DNA of 64,000 nucleotides from an uncultured Gemmatimonadales bacterium (lineage in GTDB: Bacteria; Gemmatimonadota; Gemmatimonadetes; Gemmatimonadales; GWC2-71-9), in assembly GCA_963825055.1 (NCBI GenBank), contig CAWGSK010000018.1, positions 1 to 64,000 on the forward strand, given 5' to 3'. Both the position numbers and the translations under genes were made by a program. A model generated the notes under the pieces. The model was not told where the DNA came from, did not search any database, and saw only the letters and a list, made by a program, of their open reading frames with translations. Of this stretch, positions 29,454 to 39,623 are shown one piece after another (position 1 is the stretch's first letter; the number at the start of each line of letters is the position of its first letter).

Positions 29454-32168
29454 TCAGGGCGTCGACCGCATCTGGTCCAGCACCTCGCCGAGCCGGCTGA
29501 TCTCCTCTCCGTAGCGGGCCCAGTCCCCCTCGCGCTGGGCCTGGATGGCCGCGTCGTAGTGCCGCCGCGCCTGGTCGACCAGACCCTGGAGCGGGGCCGG
29601 GGTGGTCGGCACGGGCGCACCCGCCACCTCGGCAGGAGGCGCCGCGCCGCGGGCGCCCGCGGCCGAGCCGCCGAACAGTTCGGTGAGCGCGCCGTCCAGG
29701 GTCTCCCGCATCACGACCTGGTTCTGGTAGGCCACCACCACGCGCTTCAGCTCCGGGATGCGCCCGCCCTCGGCGCGCAGGTAGAGCGGCTGCACGTACA
29801 TCAGCGATTCCTCGATCGGGATCACGAGGAGGTCGCCACGGATGACCTGCGAGCCGCGCTGGTCCCACAGCGAGACCTGGCGGGAAATTTCGGTGTTCTG
29901 GTTGATGCGGTTCTCGATCTGCTTCGGTCCGAACACCAGGCTCTGCCGGGGGAAACGATAGACCCGGAGCTTGCCGTAGTCGTCACCGTCGTTTCGCGCC
30001 ACCATCCAGGCGGCAAGATTGTCCTTCCCCCGGGGGGTGAAGGGGACCATGTAGATGAACTCGGCGGCCGGCTCTTCCGGCAGGCGCATCACGATGTGGC
30101 GCATGAACGGCACGGCCGCATCCGCTTCGTTCACCGCCGGAATCTGCCACTGATCTTCCCGGTGGTAGAACGTCTCGGGTTCGTCCATGTGGTAGGTGGT
30201 GTACAGGGCCGTCTGGACCCGGTAGAGGTCGTCCGGATAGCGGATGTGCGCGCGCAGGTCGGCGGGCATGCTGTCCATCGGCACGAGGATGCCGGGGAAG
30301 ACCTGGTCCCAGGTGCGGATGAGGGGATCGGAAGGCGCGGCCACGTAGGCGGTGACGGTCCCGTCGTACGCGTCGATCACCACCTTCACGCTGTTCCGCA
30401 TGTAGTTGGTGCCGTCGCGCAGCGGCTGTGCATAGGGAAACGCGTCGGTGGTCGTGTAGGCATCGAGTATCCATTTGAGGGTACCGGAGGCCGTCACGAC
30501 CATGTAGGGGTCGCGGTCAAAACGGAGGAACGGCAGGGCTTTGCGCCCCCGGTCCATGATGTCGCGGATGAACAGAATACGGCTCTCGGAGGTGAGGTCC
30601 TGGGAGAGCAGGATCTTGCTCGAGCCGAAGCGGAGCGCGAGCATCGCGCGCCGGAAGAGTCCGCCCGAGGGCACGCCGGCCTTGCCCTCGTAGCTGGCGA
30701 AGACGTTGTCCTCGCCGGCCGGGTGGTCGAACTCGCGCTGCCGCGTGCGCACGATGACGAAATCGTTCGTCAGCTCGCCGAAGTAGATCTGGGGGCGGGT
30801 AACCCGAAGGTCGCCGACCGCGGACGGAGGCAGGTCCTTCACGAAGAGGACCGGCAGGCCCTCGGTCGTCACCTGGTTCACGGGGCTGAGGGTGAGGCCC
30901 ATGCCGTGGGTGAAGGTCAGGTGCTCGTTGATGAACGTCCGGGTTGGCAGCGAGGCGGCGTTCAGCTCACGGGGCGAGAGCAGGACCTGCCGGTATTTGC
31001 CGTCGATCCAGTACCGGTCGTCATCCACCGACACGAAGTCGTAGTACGTTCGAATTTCCTGGAGCTGGCCGAAGGTCTGCAGGAGCGGCTCCCGGTCCCA
31101 CAGGCGCACGTTCTCGATCGTCGCGGAATTGGCGCGGATGTCGTCCAGCGTGAGCGGTGCTTCGCCCTTGATGTCGCGCACCTCCACGCTGTCCAGCCCC
31201 CAGGCCTGCCGGGTGGCCGTGATGTGGTATTGGAGATAGGGCGCTTCGCGGGTGAGTTCGGTCGGCGCCACCACGAGCTTCTGAATGGCAGCGGGATAGA
31301 TCCCCCGGCCAATTACGGCGACGGCCACGTAGCAGCCCACCGCCCAGAGCCCGTACCAGGCCACCCGGTGCCGGAGGCCACCCACCAGCACGGCGACCGC
31401 AGCCAGGAGCGCCGCAACTGCCGAGATCCGGATGGCCGGCAGGGTGGCGTGCATGTCGGTGTAGCTGGCACCTGCCAGCGGTCCGGTGGTGGAAAACAGC
31501 AGGCCCGGCGCATCCACGAACCAGAGCCGGAGCGCCGTCAGCACAAAGAACACCGCGAGCAGGACCGCGAGGTGCATGCCCGCCGTGGGCTCGACACGGA
31601 GCTGCTTCGGGCGCAGGATGATGTCGCCGCGGAGCCAGTAGAGCACCACAACGAGCAACAGGGTCAACAGGGTCAGCCCGAGGAGAACCCCGAGCAGCGC
31701 CGTGATGGCGGGAAGGGTGAAGACGTAGTACCCCACGTCCCGACCGAAAATGGGGTCGGTCACGCCGAAGGGCGTGCGGTGAATGAACAGCAGCACCAGG
31801 CGCCAGGCCTGGGCGCCACCGATGGCGGCCACGAACCCGAAGAACAGCGCTGCCGGCAGGCTGACCCGCCGCAGGGCGGCCGTGACGTTGAGCCTCGGCG
31901 CCGACGGCGCCAGCCGGAACACCACCGGGTCCGGCACGAGGCCCCGCTGGGCGAAGTGCAGGTTGCCGAAGAGGTACCCGAAGGTCACCAGCCCGGCGCC
32001 CAGGAAAAGCAGTACCTGGGTCGAGAGTTGCCGGGTGAGGACAACCTGGTACCCGATCTCCTGGTACCACCACCAGTCGGTGAGGAGCCCGACGGCCGTG
32101 GGCAGGAAGATGAAGAGCAGGGCGAAGGCGGCGATCGCCACCAGAAGGGCGAGTCGGCGTCGATTCAC
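29454..32168 (-). CDS. UPF0182-family membrane protein
   Basis: DWWWYQEIGY, DPIFGRDVGYYVF, GASYTD, NVRLWD, THGMG, NYMRNSVK, H.RYP.DL, YVQPLY. Confidence 0.95.
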   Translation of the reverse strand: MNRRRLALLVAIAAFALLFIFLPTAVGLLTDWWWYQEIGYQVVLTRQLSTQVLLFLGAGLVTFGYLFGNLHFAQRGLVPDPVVFRLAPSAPRLNVTAALRRVSLPAALFFGFVAAIGGAQAWRLVLLFIHRTPFGVTDPIFGRDVGYYVFTLPAITALLGVLLGLTLLTLLLVVVLYWLRGDIILRPKQLRVEPTAGMHLAVLLAVFFVLTALRLWFVDAPGLLFSTTGPLAGASYTDMHATLPAIRISAVAALLAAVAVLVGGLRHRVAWYGLWAVGCYVAVAVIGRGIYPAAIQKLVVAPTELTREAPYLQYHITATRQAWGLDSVEVRDIKGEAPLTLDDIRANSATIENVRLWDREPLLQTFGQLQEIRTYYDFVSVDDDRYWIDGKYRQVLLSPRELNAASLPTRTFINEHLTFTHGMGLTLSPVNQVTTEGLPVLFVKDLPPSAVGDLRVTRPQIYFGELTNDFVIVRTRQREFDHPAGEDNVFASYEGKAGVPSGGLFRRAMLALRFGSSKILLSQDLTSESRILFIRDIMDRGRKALPFLRFDRDPYMVVTASGTLKWILDAYTTTDAFPYAQPLRDGTNYMRNSVKVVIDAYDGTVTAYVAAPSDPLIRTWDQVFPGILVPMDSMPADLRAHIRYPDDLYRVQTALYTTYHMDEPETFYHREDQWQIPAVNEADAAVPFMRHIVMRLPEEPAAEFIYMVPFTPRGKDNLAAWMVARNDGDDYGKLRVYRFPRQSLVFGPKQIENRINQNTEISRQVSLWDQRGSQVIRGDLLVIPIEESLMYVQPLYLRAEGGRIPELKRVVVAYQNQVVMRETLDGALTELFGGSAAGARGAAPPAEVAGAPVPTTPAPLQGLVDQARRHYDAAIQAQREGDWARYGEEISRLGEVLDQMRSTP

Positions 32169-32229
32169 GGCGGTGTCCTGTTGAGGCGGTACAGAGGAAG
32201 GGTCGCGGCCACGCCGCGCCCCCCTGCAG

Positions 32230-32480
32230 CATCGTCACCTGGGGCGGGGAAGTCCAGTCCGGGGCCCACCTGAGGCCGCCGCCGATACCCGGCCGGCGGG
32301 ATCCGGGGTGGTGTGAAACCCCGGCTTCGGCCTCACCTGGCCGATCTGTTCAAGACGCCACGCGGCCGGACTGCTAGCCTGTACGGGTGAAGGTACGTCC
32401 CTCTGCGGAGGGGTGAGCTTTCCGGGCTCCCCGAGCTGGGCTCCCCCCTGAAGCGAGAGTCGGTGGAGACCACCGTACGC
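32230..32480. ncRNA. Candidate structured non-coding RNA / cis-regulatory leader (family not recognised)
   Basis: Nested complementary segments 32255-62/32366-73, 32271-78/32328-35, 32303-09/32318-24 plus hairpin 32399-32412 in an intergenic gap with no credible CDS. Confidence 0.45.
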
Positions 32481-32561
32481 GAAGCGGCCCGCCGTCCGGG
32501 AGCGGGGCAAACAGTCACATTCTGCGATTCAACTGGACATCGACAGACACGGAGGATACGG

Positions 32562-33041
32562 ATGGGAAGTGCAGCCGTGGTGGACACGGGCGGGGCGACA
32601 CGGACGTTCCGGATTTCGGCGACACGTCGCATTGCGGCCCCGCCCCCCGCCGTCTACAGGGTCTTCGCCGACTACCGGGTGGCCCACCCGGGCATCCTCC
32701 CGCCGCGTTTCTTCACCGGCCTGACCGTGGAGGCCGGCGGGTATGGCGCGGGCACCGTAGTGGTGGTGAAGACCCGCGCCGGCGGTCGCATCACCTCAAT
32801 GCGTGGCTTCGTCACGGAACCCGAACCGGGACGGCTTCTTGTGGAGTCCTATCCGGAGCACGGCACGGTCACCTCCTTCTCCGTTCTTCCGGATTCGGGA
32901 GGTGCCGCCAGCGTGGTGACGATCGCCACGGATTTCCCCCGGCGGCGAGGACCGGCCGGCTGGCTGACGGAGCGCCTGGTGCGGCGGCTGATGGCCGGGG
33001 TGTATGAAGAGGAGCTGGACCTGGTTGCCGCGTCCTTCTGA
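32562..33041 (+). CDS. SRPBCC (polyketide cyclase-like) protein
   Basis: GGAGG RBS; I.APP..VY..FADY...HP.ILP, VTEPEPGR.LVE. Confidence 0.8.
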   Translation: MGSAAVVDTGGATRTFRISATRRIAAPPPAVYRVFADYRVAHPGILPPRFFTGLTVEAGGYGAGTVVVVKTRAGGRITSMRGFVTEPEPGRLLVESYPEHGTVTSFSVLPDSGGAASVVTIATDFPRRRGPAGWLTERLVRRLMAGVYEEELDLVAASF

Positions 33042-33044
33042 CCC

Positions 33045-33863
33045 TCAGACGCAGCGAGAAAACAGCAGCGGGACGGTCACGTCGTGGGGGCCGGCCAGGA
33101 GTTGCCCCGGAGTGGTGTGTGCCAGGGCCCTGAACTCGCGAGTCATGTGCGCCTGGTCGGCGTAACCACTTTCCGCAGCCAGACGACTCAACGTTGCCTG
33201 CCCGCGGCGGTGGTGTGCCAGGAAGAGCACTCTCTGGAAGCGCAGAATTCGCTGCATCGCCTTGGGGCCGAAGCCCAGGGCGCGGGAGAACCTTCGAAAG
33301 ACCTCCCGGGAGGACCATCCGAGCCGGGCGCCGAGGGCGTCCACGGTGGCCGACGGGTGACGGGCGAGCCAGGCGGCTCCATACGCCACCCCGTCGTCGG
33401 GCCGTGCCGAATCGACGAGAGGGCCCAGCGCGCCGATCAACGGACGAAAGCCCTCACAGGCCAGCCCCAGGTGCCGTGAGCCCCGCAGGTTCCGGGGCAC
33501 GCCGGGCAGGTCGCTGAGCAGCCCCTGATGATTGGGCAGCTCGCCGGCCGCCGATCCGAAGAGGCGCGCCCCCACCCCGGGCCGCAGCCGCACGCCCGCG
33601 ATCTCGGTGCCGCCGGGAATGACGTGGTCGGCTCGGACGGTCTCCGGGCCCATCAGCCAGGCCGGGGCTCCGTCGAGCGACAGGATGTCAATGCAACCGT
33701 CGGGGAGTGTCGGCTGCACCACGGCATCCACGTCGGGCGGAAAGCGACGTCGCCAGAGGTAAAGCACGAATTCGTCCAGGCCGGGCGGCGGCCGGTAGAA
33801 GGTGTCTTCACCGTATCCGGGCGAACCGCCGAGGTGGGGCAGGAACTCGTGCGTGGGGGCCAT
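33045..33863 (-). CDS. AraC-family transcriptional regulator (DUF6597 N-terminus)
   Basis: LPDGCIDI, GVRLRPG, GFGPK...RILRFQR, LA..SGYADQAHMTREF. Confidence 0.85.
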   Translation of the reverse strand: MAPTHEFLPHLGGSPGYGEDTFYRPPPGLDEFVLYLWRRRFPPDVDAVVQPTLPDGCIDILSLDGAPAWLMGPETVRADHVIPGGTEIAGVRLRPGVGARLFGSAAGELPNHQGLLSDLPGVPRNLRGSRHLGLACEGFRPLIGALGPLVDSARPDDGVAYGAAWLARHPSATVDALGARLGWSSREVFRRFSRALGFGPKAMQRILRFQRVLFLAHHRRGQATLSRLAAESGYADQAHMTREFRALAHTTPGQLLAGPHDVTVPLLFSRCV

Positions 33864-33925
33864 CACCAGAATATCTACCGGCCCTCCGGGTGCCTCAAGG
33901 CCCCGGCGAATGGCGCCCCACGAGG

Positions 33926-34351
33926 TCAGGCTTCGCTCGCTATCCTCATGCGCTCCAGCACGTAAACCCGCAGACGCTTCCTTGCCTCCCGACGTACAAA
34001 CCCCGGTGCCAGGAGCGCGAGGAGCCGATAGGCCCCCTTGAAACGGAGGCTGCCCGTAACGCGCAGCCGGGTCCCGGCGCCATCGCCGGCTTCGATGAAC
34101 TCGTTCCTGAAGACGCCATCGAAATGCGCCTTTCCTTCTTCGACTACGACCTCCCCGCCGCCCACGCACAACCGATTGCAGACCAGCCCCTCCTGCCTGT
34201 GGTCCACCTGGATGAGCCGCCACCCACCCCTCTCTTCGAGGATGTGTGCGGAACGAATGGTTGGGGCGAACGTGCGACCCCACCGCTCCACGTCCAGATA
34301 GATCTCCATCACCTGATCGCGCGGCGCCCGGATGTCGATGGCCGCCTCCAC
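33926..34351 (-). CDS. SRPBCC-family protein
   Basis: AAIDIRAPRDQV..IYLDVERW; start uncertain (ORF is open to 34570). Confidence 0.6.
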   Translation of the reverse strand: MEAAIDIRAPRDQVMEIYLDVERWGRTFAPTIRSAHILEERGGWRLIQVDHRQEGLVCNRLCVGGGEVVVEEGKAHFDGVFRNEFIEAGDGAGTRLRVTGSLRFKGAYRLLALLAPGFVRREARKRLRVYVLERMRIASEA

Positions 34352-34693
34352 TCGGAGCCACCTTCCGCCTCCCCGCGCAAGGAATGCCGGCCCTTCCACG
34401 CTGCGGTTTCCTCCTCTCCGTCCTTGAAGCCCGACCCGGCTTGCCGCTCCTGTTGAAGGTGCGGAGCGGCGCTTCGCCGGTCTTGAAGGATTCGGCCAGG
34501 CCTGCCTCGGCCATGGATCACATGGACGGTGCCATGAGCGGCCGGTCTGTTCAAGACGTGTGGACCTCAAGCCTCCACTGTACCGAAGTGGCTGACCCGG
34601 GGGGCGCGGCGAACGCGGCGCGAGCCTGGCTGCTGGGGCTGGCTATCGTGCTGATGCTCCTCCAGCTCCGCTGGTGAAGGATCGGCGTGCGGC

Positions 34694-35059
34694 TTACACC
34701 CAGGCATCTGTCTCTGCCGTCAGCGGCCCTCCGGCCGTGCCCGTATTGACCACGTCCCGTGGCTCGATGAGAAGCATGTGACATTCCCGGGCTGCGACGG
34801 GTCGATGTTCCACGCCGCGCGGGACGACAAACATCTCCCCCGCGCCGAGGGTCACCTGCCCATCCCGCAGCTCGATGGTCACCTCACCGGCAAGGACGAC
34901 AAACGCCTCGTCGGTGTCTTCGTGCAGGTGCCACACGAACTCCCCCAGGGTCTTCACGAGCTTGAGGTCGTAGTCGTTCAGTCGAGCGATGATCCGGGGT
35001 GTCCAGCAGTCGGAGAAGTGGGTCAGCTTCTCGGCGAAATTGATGGGGCGATACGCCAT
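34694..35059 (-). CDS. Cupin-domain protein
   Basis: [29 protein letters not shown]. Confidence 0.9.
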   Translation of the reverse strand: MAYRPINFAEKLTHFSDCWTPRIIARLNDYDLKLVKTLGEFVWHLHEDTDEAFVVLAGEVTIELRDGQVTLGAGEMFVVPRGVEHRPVAARECHMLLIEPRDVVNTGTAGGPLTAETDAWV

Positions 35060-35238
35060 GAGGGCTCCCAAGGTCTGGCGGCGAGGATGGTGGACTCCCC
35101 GCCCTCCCGACATCACGCGGTGGCGGTGCCACGATGCCATCGTAGTCCGTCCGATGCTTCGGGGTCTTGAAGAAATCGGCCAGCAGGCCACGCGGTCGCG
35201 GGGCTCGCCCGCGGCGGAGAAATGCAGCCCGGGCCTGG

Positions 35239-36054
35239 TCAGCCGCCCGAGGCCAGGGTCCGGTACCGGCCCGGGGGAATTCCGGTGTGGCGCCGGAAGG
35301 CGTTGGAGAAGTGGCTCTGGTCGGAGTATCCGGATGCGAGGGCAACCTCTGCGATGGGTCGGTCCGTGGCGACCAGCAGGCGGCTGGCTTCCTCGAGGCG
35401 GAGGCGCCGCAGGTACTGGCCGACCGAGCACCCAAAGGCCCGGCGAAAGGCCCGCGCCAGTGTGACCGGATGCACGTCCACCGCGCCGGCGATGGCCGTG
35501 AGCGTGTGCCGCTCGGCGGGCGCGTCGTGGAGGATGTCGCGGGCTCGCGCGAGCCATGGTCGCGGCTCCCCCGAATCGCGCGCCTGCGAGCGCTGCGCTT
35601 CCGCGATCAACTCGAGAAGCAGGCCTTCCAGGGCCAGTGAGGCAGCCCCGTCGGTCTCCATCAACTCGGATCGGATCCGCCGGGCCAGCGCGACGAGCTG
35701 CCCGCCAGAGGCCTGGAAGGGCTCGTCCAGCACCTCGGCATGGGGTCGCAGGGCAGCGAGGCGCCCGGAGCCAACCTCGATCATCAGCCCGCGCGCATCA
35801 CCGCTGTCGAACTCGTTGGCATGCGGCTCACCGGCTGGGGTGACCTTGAGGGTCCCGGTGGTACAGCGCAGGGTCCGCCTGCCGCTCCGCTCGGCAAACG
35901 CGCCGCCCAGGACATAGCAGATGGTCGGGCCATCATGATGGTGCCAGGGCAGACGGCTCCCATCTGGATGGAAGGCTTCCGTGACCTGGAATCCCTCGAC
36001 CTCCGCGTGGTGCAGGGGCCGCGAGACCGCTGTCTGGCCAAATGGCTCGCGCAT
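35239..36054 (-). CDS. AraC-family transcriptional regulator
   Basis: PWHHH cupin sensor; [26 protein letters not shown]. Confidence 0.9.
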   Translation of the reverse strand: MREPFGQTAVSRPLHHAEVEGFQVTEAFHPDGSRLPWHHHDGPTICYVLGGAFAERSGRRTLRCTTGTLKVTPAGEPHANEFDSGDARGLMIEVGSGRLAALRPHAEVLDEPFQASGGQLVALARRIRSELMETDGAASLALEGLLLELIAEAQRSQARDSGEPRPWLARARDILHDAPAERHTLTAIAGAVDVHPVTLARAFRRAFGCSVGQYLRRLRLEEASRLLVATDRPIAEVALASGYSDQSHFSNAFRRHTGIPPGRYRTLASGG

Positions 36055-36229
36055 GGTCCTCCCGGTTGATGCTAAGGGTGCGCAACTCGCATCGGGGGTA
36101 CAAGACCCACCGCACCTCCTCCATCAATGTGTAACCCGTTCATGGCCCAGCCGGTTCCACCCTCCGGGGAGCGACCGTCCATTCATGACGCGGTCGTGCC
36201 GACGGGCGCTCTTGATCCCATTTGGAGGC

Positions 36230-37213
36230 ATGATGCCACATCCCAGGAACCTTCTGGCCGCCTGTGCCTTCCTGGTCGCTGCATGCGGCGGTGGGGACGG
36301 AGGGGGCGGCGGCGGACCCAGCCCGTCGACTGTTACGGTCGGCAGGGGGCCGGCGAGCGGGAATAACCAGTCAGGCACCGTCGGACAGCCCCTGTCCCAG
36401 CCGATTCAGGTCATCGTGCGCCGGGATGGCGGTGCCGAAGCGGGAACTCAGGTGACCTGGGCGACGCAGGCGACCGCGGGGACGCTCAATCCGGTCTCCA
36501 GCACCACGGATGCGGCGGGCCTGGCCTCCTCCAGCTGGACGCTCGGGACCACGGCAGGGGCGCAGACCGCGACCGCCACCGTGTCGGGCGCCACCGGGTC
36601 CCCGGTCAGTTTCATGGCCACCGCCGCGACGGCCGCGGCCAGCAGCCTCGCCATGGCCTCGGGCAACAATCAGTCGGGGCAGACCGGTGACGCGCTGGCC
36701 AGCCCGCTGGTGGTCCGGGTGATCGACCCGTTCGGCAATGGGGTGACGGGGACTCCGGTCACCTGGGCGGTGACCGGGGGAACGGCCACCGTGAACCCCA
36801 CCTCCTCCACCACTGGCCTGACCGGCACTGCCAGCACCCAGGTGACCCTCGGAATGACCGCCGGCACCATCGCCATCCAGGCGACTTCGGGGACTCTGGG
36901 CGGGTCGCCCGTCACCTTTACCGCGCAGGCCACGGCTCCGGCGCCCAATGCCGTGCAGGTCATCAACAACCAGTTCGTGCCGGCCACCATCACAGTCGCG
37001 GCAAATACCACCGTGACATGGACGTGGGCGCCGACGGCGCTGCAGCACAACATCACCCCGGACAACTCCGCTGGAGTGCCGAGCGTCGCGACCATCACCG
37101 ACGGACCGTTCACGTACATGCACACCTTCACCGCGCCCGGGACCTACGACTACTACTGCGTCGTTCATGGCGCTCCGCAGAGCGGGATGCACGGCACGGT
37201 CATCGTCCAGTGA
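36230..37213 (+). CDS. Lipoprotein with two Ig-like domains and C-terminal cupredoxin domain
   Basis: VAAC lipobox; repeated SGNNQSG..G..L..P.V Ig units; HN...YYCVVH.....M type-1 copper ligands. Confidence 0.8.
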   Translation: MMPHPRNLLAACAFLVAACGGGDGGGGGGPSPSTVTVGRGPASGNNQSGTVGQPLSQPIQVIVRRDGGAEAGTQVTWATQATAGTLNPVSSTTDAAGLASSSWTLGTTAGAQTATATVSGATGSPVSFMATAATAAASSLAMASGNNQSGQTGDALASPLVVRVIDPFGNGVTGTPVTWAVTGGTATVNPTSSTTGLTGTASTQVTLGMTAGTIAIQATSGTLGGSPVTFTAQATAPAPNAVQVINNQFVPATITVAANTTVTWTWAPTALQHNITPDNSAGVPSVATITDGPFTYMHTFTAPGTYDYYCVVHGAPQSGMHGTVIVQ

Positions 37214-38058
37214 GATGGGCAATCGGGGCTATCCTCGGCATCCTTCTCGTGCCGGTTCGCGCGGAGGCCCAGGGAGACTGCTTCCCTCCCGATGATTCGC
37301 ACGAGGCCCGCGCTATGGCCATTGCGCTGGTCCCGGTGGCCTACGGACCCGGCGGGGCTCCATCGGCGCCGGTGCCGGGCCGGGTAACGGTGGCCCTGGA
37401 GGGGGCGTGGCTGCCCAGCATCGACAGTGCCACCTCCACCCCAACCATCTGCCGGCCGGGCAAGGGGCCGGAGAACACCAACGTGCTCTTCGGCATCGTA
37501 CGGCCCCGGATCGAGGTCGGACTCCCGTGGAGGATCCTCGCGAGCGTCAGCTGGGTTCCCCCGGTCCGGGTGGACGGCGTTCGTGCGCACCTCGGCGCAT
37601 TGTCGCTTGCCCGGGTATCCCGGCTCGGCTCGCACACGCTCCTCGCTGTCCGCGGCCACATGAGCTTCGGGAAGATCCTGGCGCCCATCACCTGCGATGA
37701 GGAGGCACTCCAGGATCCCGCCAGCGAATGCTTCGGCGGCACCTTGAGCGACGACGAGCTTCATCCCAATGTCTTCGGGGTCGATGCGTCGGTGGGCTGG
37801 GCGATGGCCGGTGGGCGCCTGCAGCCCTACGCCGGGGCCGGCTGGTCTCACCTGGCTCCGCGATTCCGGGTAGACTTCACGAACAGTGCGGGACAGCGGG
37901 ACCGGCGCCGCGTGGAGGTGGACCTCGAGCGCGCCGTCGTCTTCGGAGGTGTCTCATGGGTGCCCACACCCCGTGCATCAATCAGCAGCGAGTTCTACGC
38001 CACTCCCTCAGACGCCTTCACCGTGCGGCTGTTGCTCCGGCTGGTACCATGGAGCTGA
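37210..38058 (+). CDS. Hypothetical exported protein, probable outer-membrane beta-barrel
   Basis: GTGA overlap; signal peptide ending AEA; amphipathic strands (QPYAGAGWS). Confidence 0.6.
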   Translation: MRWAIGAILGILLVPVRAEAQGDCFPPDDSHEARAMAIALVPVAYGPGGAPSAPVPGRVTVALEGAWLPSIDSATSTPTICRPGKGPENTNVLFGIVRPRIEVGLPWRILASVSWVPPVRVDGVRAHLGALSLARVSRLGSHTLLAVRGHMSFGKILAPITCDEEALQDPASECFGGTLSDDELHPNVFGVDASVGWAMAGGRLQPYAGAGWSHLAPRFRVDFTNSAGQRDRRRVEVDLERAVVFGGVSWVPTPRASISSEFYATPSDAFTVRLLLRLVPWS

Positions 38059-38642
38059 TCGCCCGCATCCTGCCTGCCGGGCTGTACGCGCTGCTCGTCC
38101 TCACGGCGCCGGCCCTGGCACAGGAGGGCGTACCTGACGGGCGCCTGGAACGGGGCACCCTCAGCTTCGATGCTCGGGCCACGCTCGGGGATTTTACCGG
38201 CACGACCGACTCGGTCCGGGGCGCCTTGCGCGGTGCCCCCGCTCTGGGGCAGGTGCGTGGTTGGGTCGAGGCGCCGTCCGCCTCACTGGGGACGGGGAAC
38301 GACCGGCGTGACCGGGATCTCCGGAAATCGATGGAGACCGACAAGTATCCGCTCATGCGCTTCGCGCTGGACTCGGTCATCCCGGGCCGGCGGGTGTCGG
38401 ACAGCATGGAGGTGGTGCTCGAGGGAGATCTCACCCTGCACGGAGAGAAACGCCGGGCGCGCATCCCGGGCATCCTGACCTTTGCCGGCGGCACGGCGCG
38501 CTTCAGGGGCGGGGTACGTATCAACGTGAAGGACTACGGGGTGGGGGGGCTCAGCAGGTTCCTCGGCATGTTCAGCATGAACAAGGAAATCGATGTCCAC
38601 ATCGACGTGACCTTCGCGCTCGCAGAAGCCCCGGGGCCGTGA
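38049..38642 (+). CDS. YceI-family lipid/polyisoprenoid-binding protein
   Basis: SLGTGNDRRDRDL, YP...F, GDLTLHG, DYGV. Confidence 0.85.
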   Translation: MELIARILPAGLYALLVLTAPALAQEGVPDGRLERGTLSFDARATLGDFTGTTDSVRGALRGAPALGQVRGWVEAPSASLGTGNDRRDRDLRKSMETDKYPLMRFALDSVIPGRRVSDSMEVVLEGDLTLHGEKRRARIPGILTFAGGTARFRGGVRINVKDYGVGGLSRFLGMFSMNKEIDVHIDVTFALAEAPGP

Positions 38643-38649
38643 CCCGCTC

Positions 38650-39525
38650 CTAGGATGGCGGTTGCGGCAGCACGGCCTCCAGTACGATCCGCCAGGTGCC
38701 GGCAGGATCTCGCCGCCAGATGCGGGAATAACTGACCGTCCGCAGTCCCCCCTCCATGCCGTCCCGCGTCATCCGGCCAGTCCCGTACGTGTAGCCCAGG
38801 TCGCCGGACACCGCGACTCCCCCGCCCACCGGATTCCATTCCATGCTCTCATGCCGGGCGGCCTGGTCCGAGTCGGCTGCCGAGCGGCCAGGCAATGGCA
38901 GCTGTCCGTACCGGTAGGCACGGAGCCGCTCGGCGGCAAACTTTTCGAGCGCGGCGCTGCGTCCATGCTCCCGGTACGCCACCTGGTAGGCACGATCGTG
39001 CGCGAGGAGGTCCCCGGCCGAGGCTCCGCGTGCGAGGCGGGCCGACCCGATCCGGACGCCGGCGCGCTCCACCTCCCCCACGGGGGGCGGCTCGCCGTGG
39101 GGGCCTCCCATGTCCAGCAGCACTTTCCAGCCACCGCCGGGAGGGCGCCCCCACACACTGTGGTAGTGCCCCCAGGCGACCGATCCGTCTGGACGGGTCG
39201 CGTGATAGGGCCCGCTGGTGTAGCCCATGTCCCCGGCAGCGCTCACCTCCGCGATCTCCGGCTCCCATTCGAGCGGCCCGAAGTCCGGTCCGGACCGCAG
39301 TGACGCGGTACCCTTCTGTGGCTCCGGGTTGAAGGTCACCACGCTGTCGCTGAAGTACTGGAGAAATGCTGAGCGCGGGCCATCGGTCACCGACGTGGCC
39401 GCGAACTCGCGCTCCGTGGCGATCAGCGAATCGAGGACAGCAGGCTCCGCGGGAGGCCGGGGGCTGCCCGGGCCGCAGGCGGCGAGGATACACAGGCCGG
39501 CGAGGGCCAACAGGAGAGGACGCAT
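38650..39525 (-). CDS. Lipoprotein with tandem NTF2-like/DUF4440 domains
   Basis: LAAC lipobox; duplicated EW.P....VS..GD.GYT.G ... W.....G.W. Confidence 0.75.
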   Translation of the reverse strand: MRPLLLALAGLCILAACGPGSPRPPAEPAVLDSLIATEREFAATSVTDGPRSAFLQYFSDSVVTFNPEPQKGTASLRSGPDFGPLEWEPEIAEVSAAGDMGYTSGPYHATRPDGSVAWGHYHSVWGRPPGGGWKVLLDMGGPHGEPPPVGEVERAGVRIGSARLARGASAGDLLAHDRAYQVAYREHGRSAALEKFAAERLRAYRYGQLPLPGRSAADSDQAARHESMEWNPVGGGVAVSGDLGYTYGTGRMTRDGMEGGLRTVSYSRIWRRDPAGTWRIVLEAVLPQPPS

Positions 39526-39623
39526 TGGACGAGCCCCGGGTTATGCTTCGACGAACAGACGGCGCGGGTCAGTAGCCAACATGCTGCTTTCACTCGCCGG
39601 CGCAAGGCGAGAGGAGACGCGCG

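Noticed and set aside
29232..32273. 1013-aa + strand ORF
   Set aside because: Antisense shadow of UPF0182; high-GC codon bias keeps the opposite frame open and it has no protein motifs.
33864..34514. Extension making the AraC ORF 489 aa
   Set aside because: Overlaps the SRPBCC gene in another frame and is low complexity; not a real fusion.
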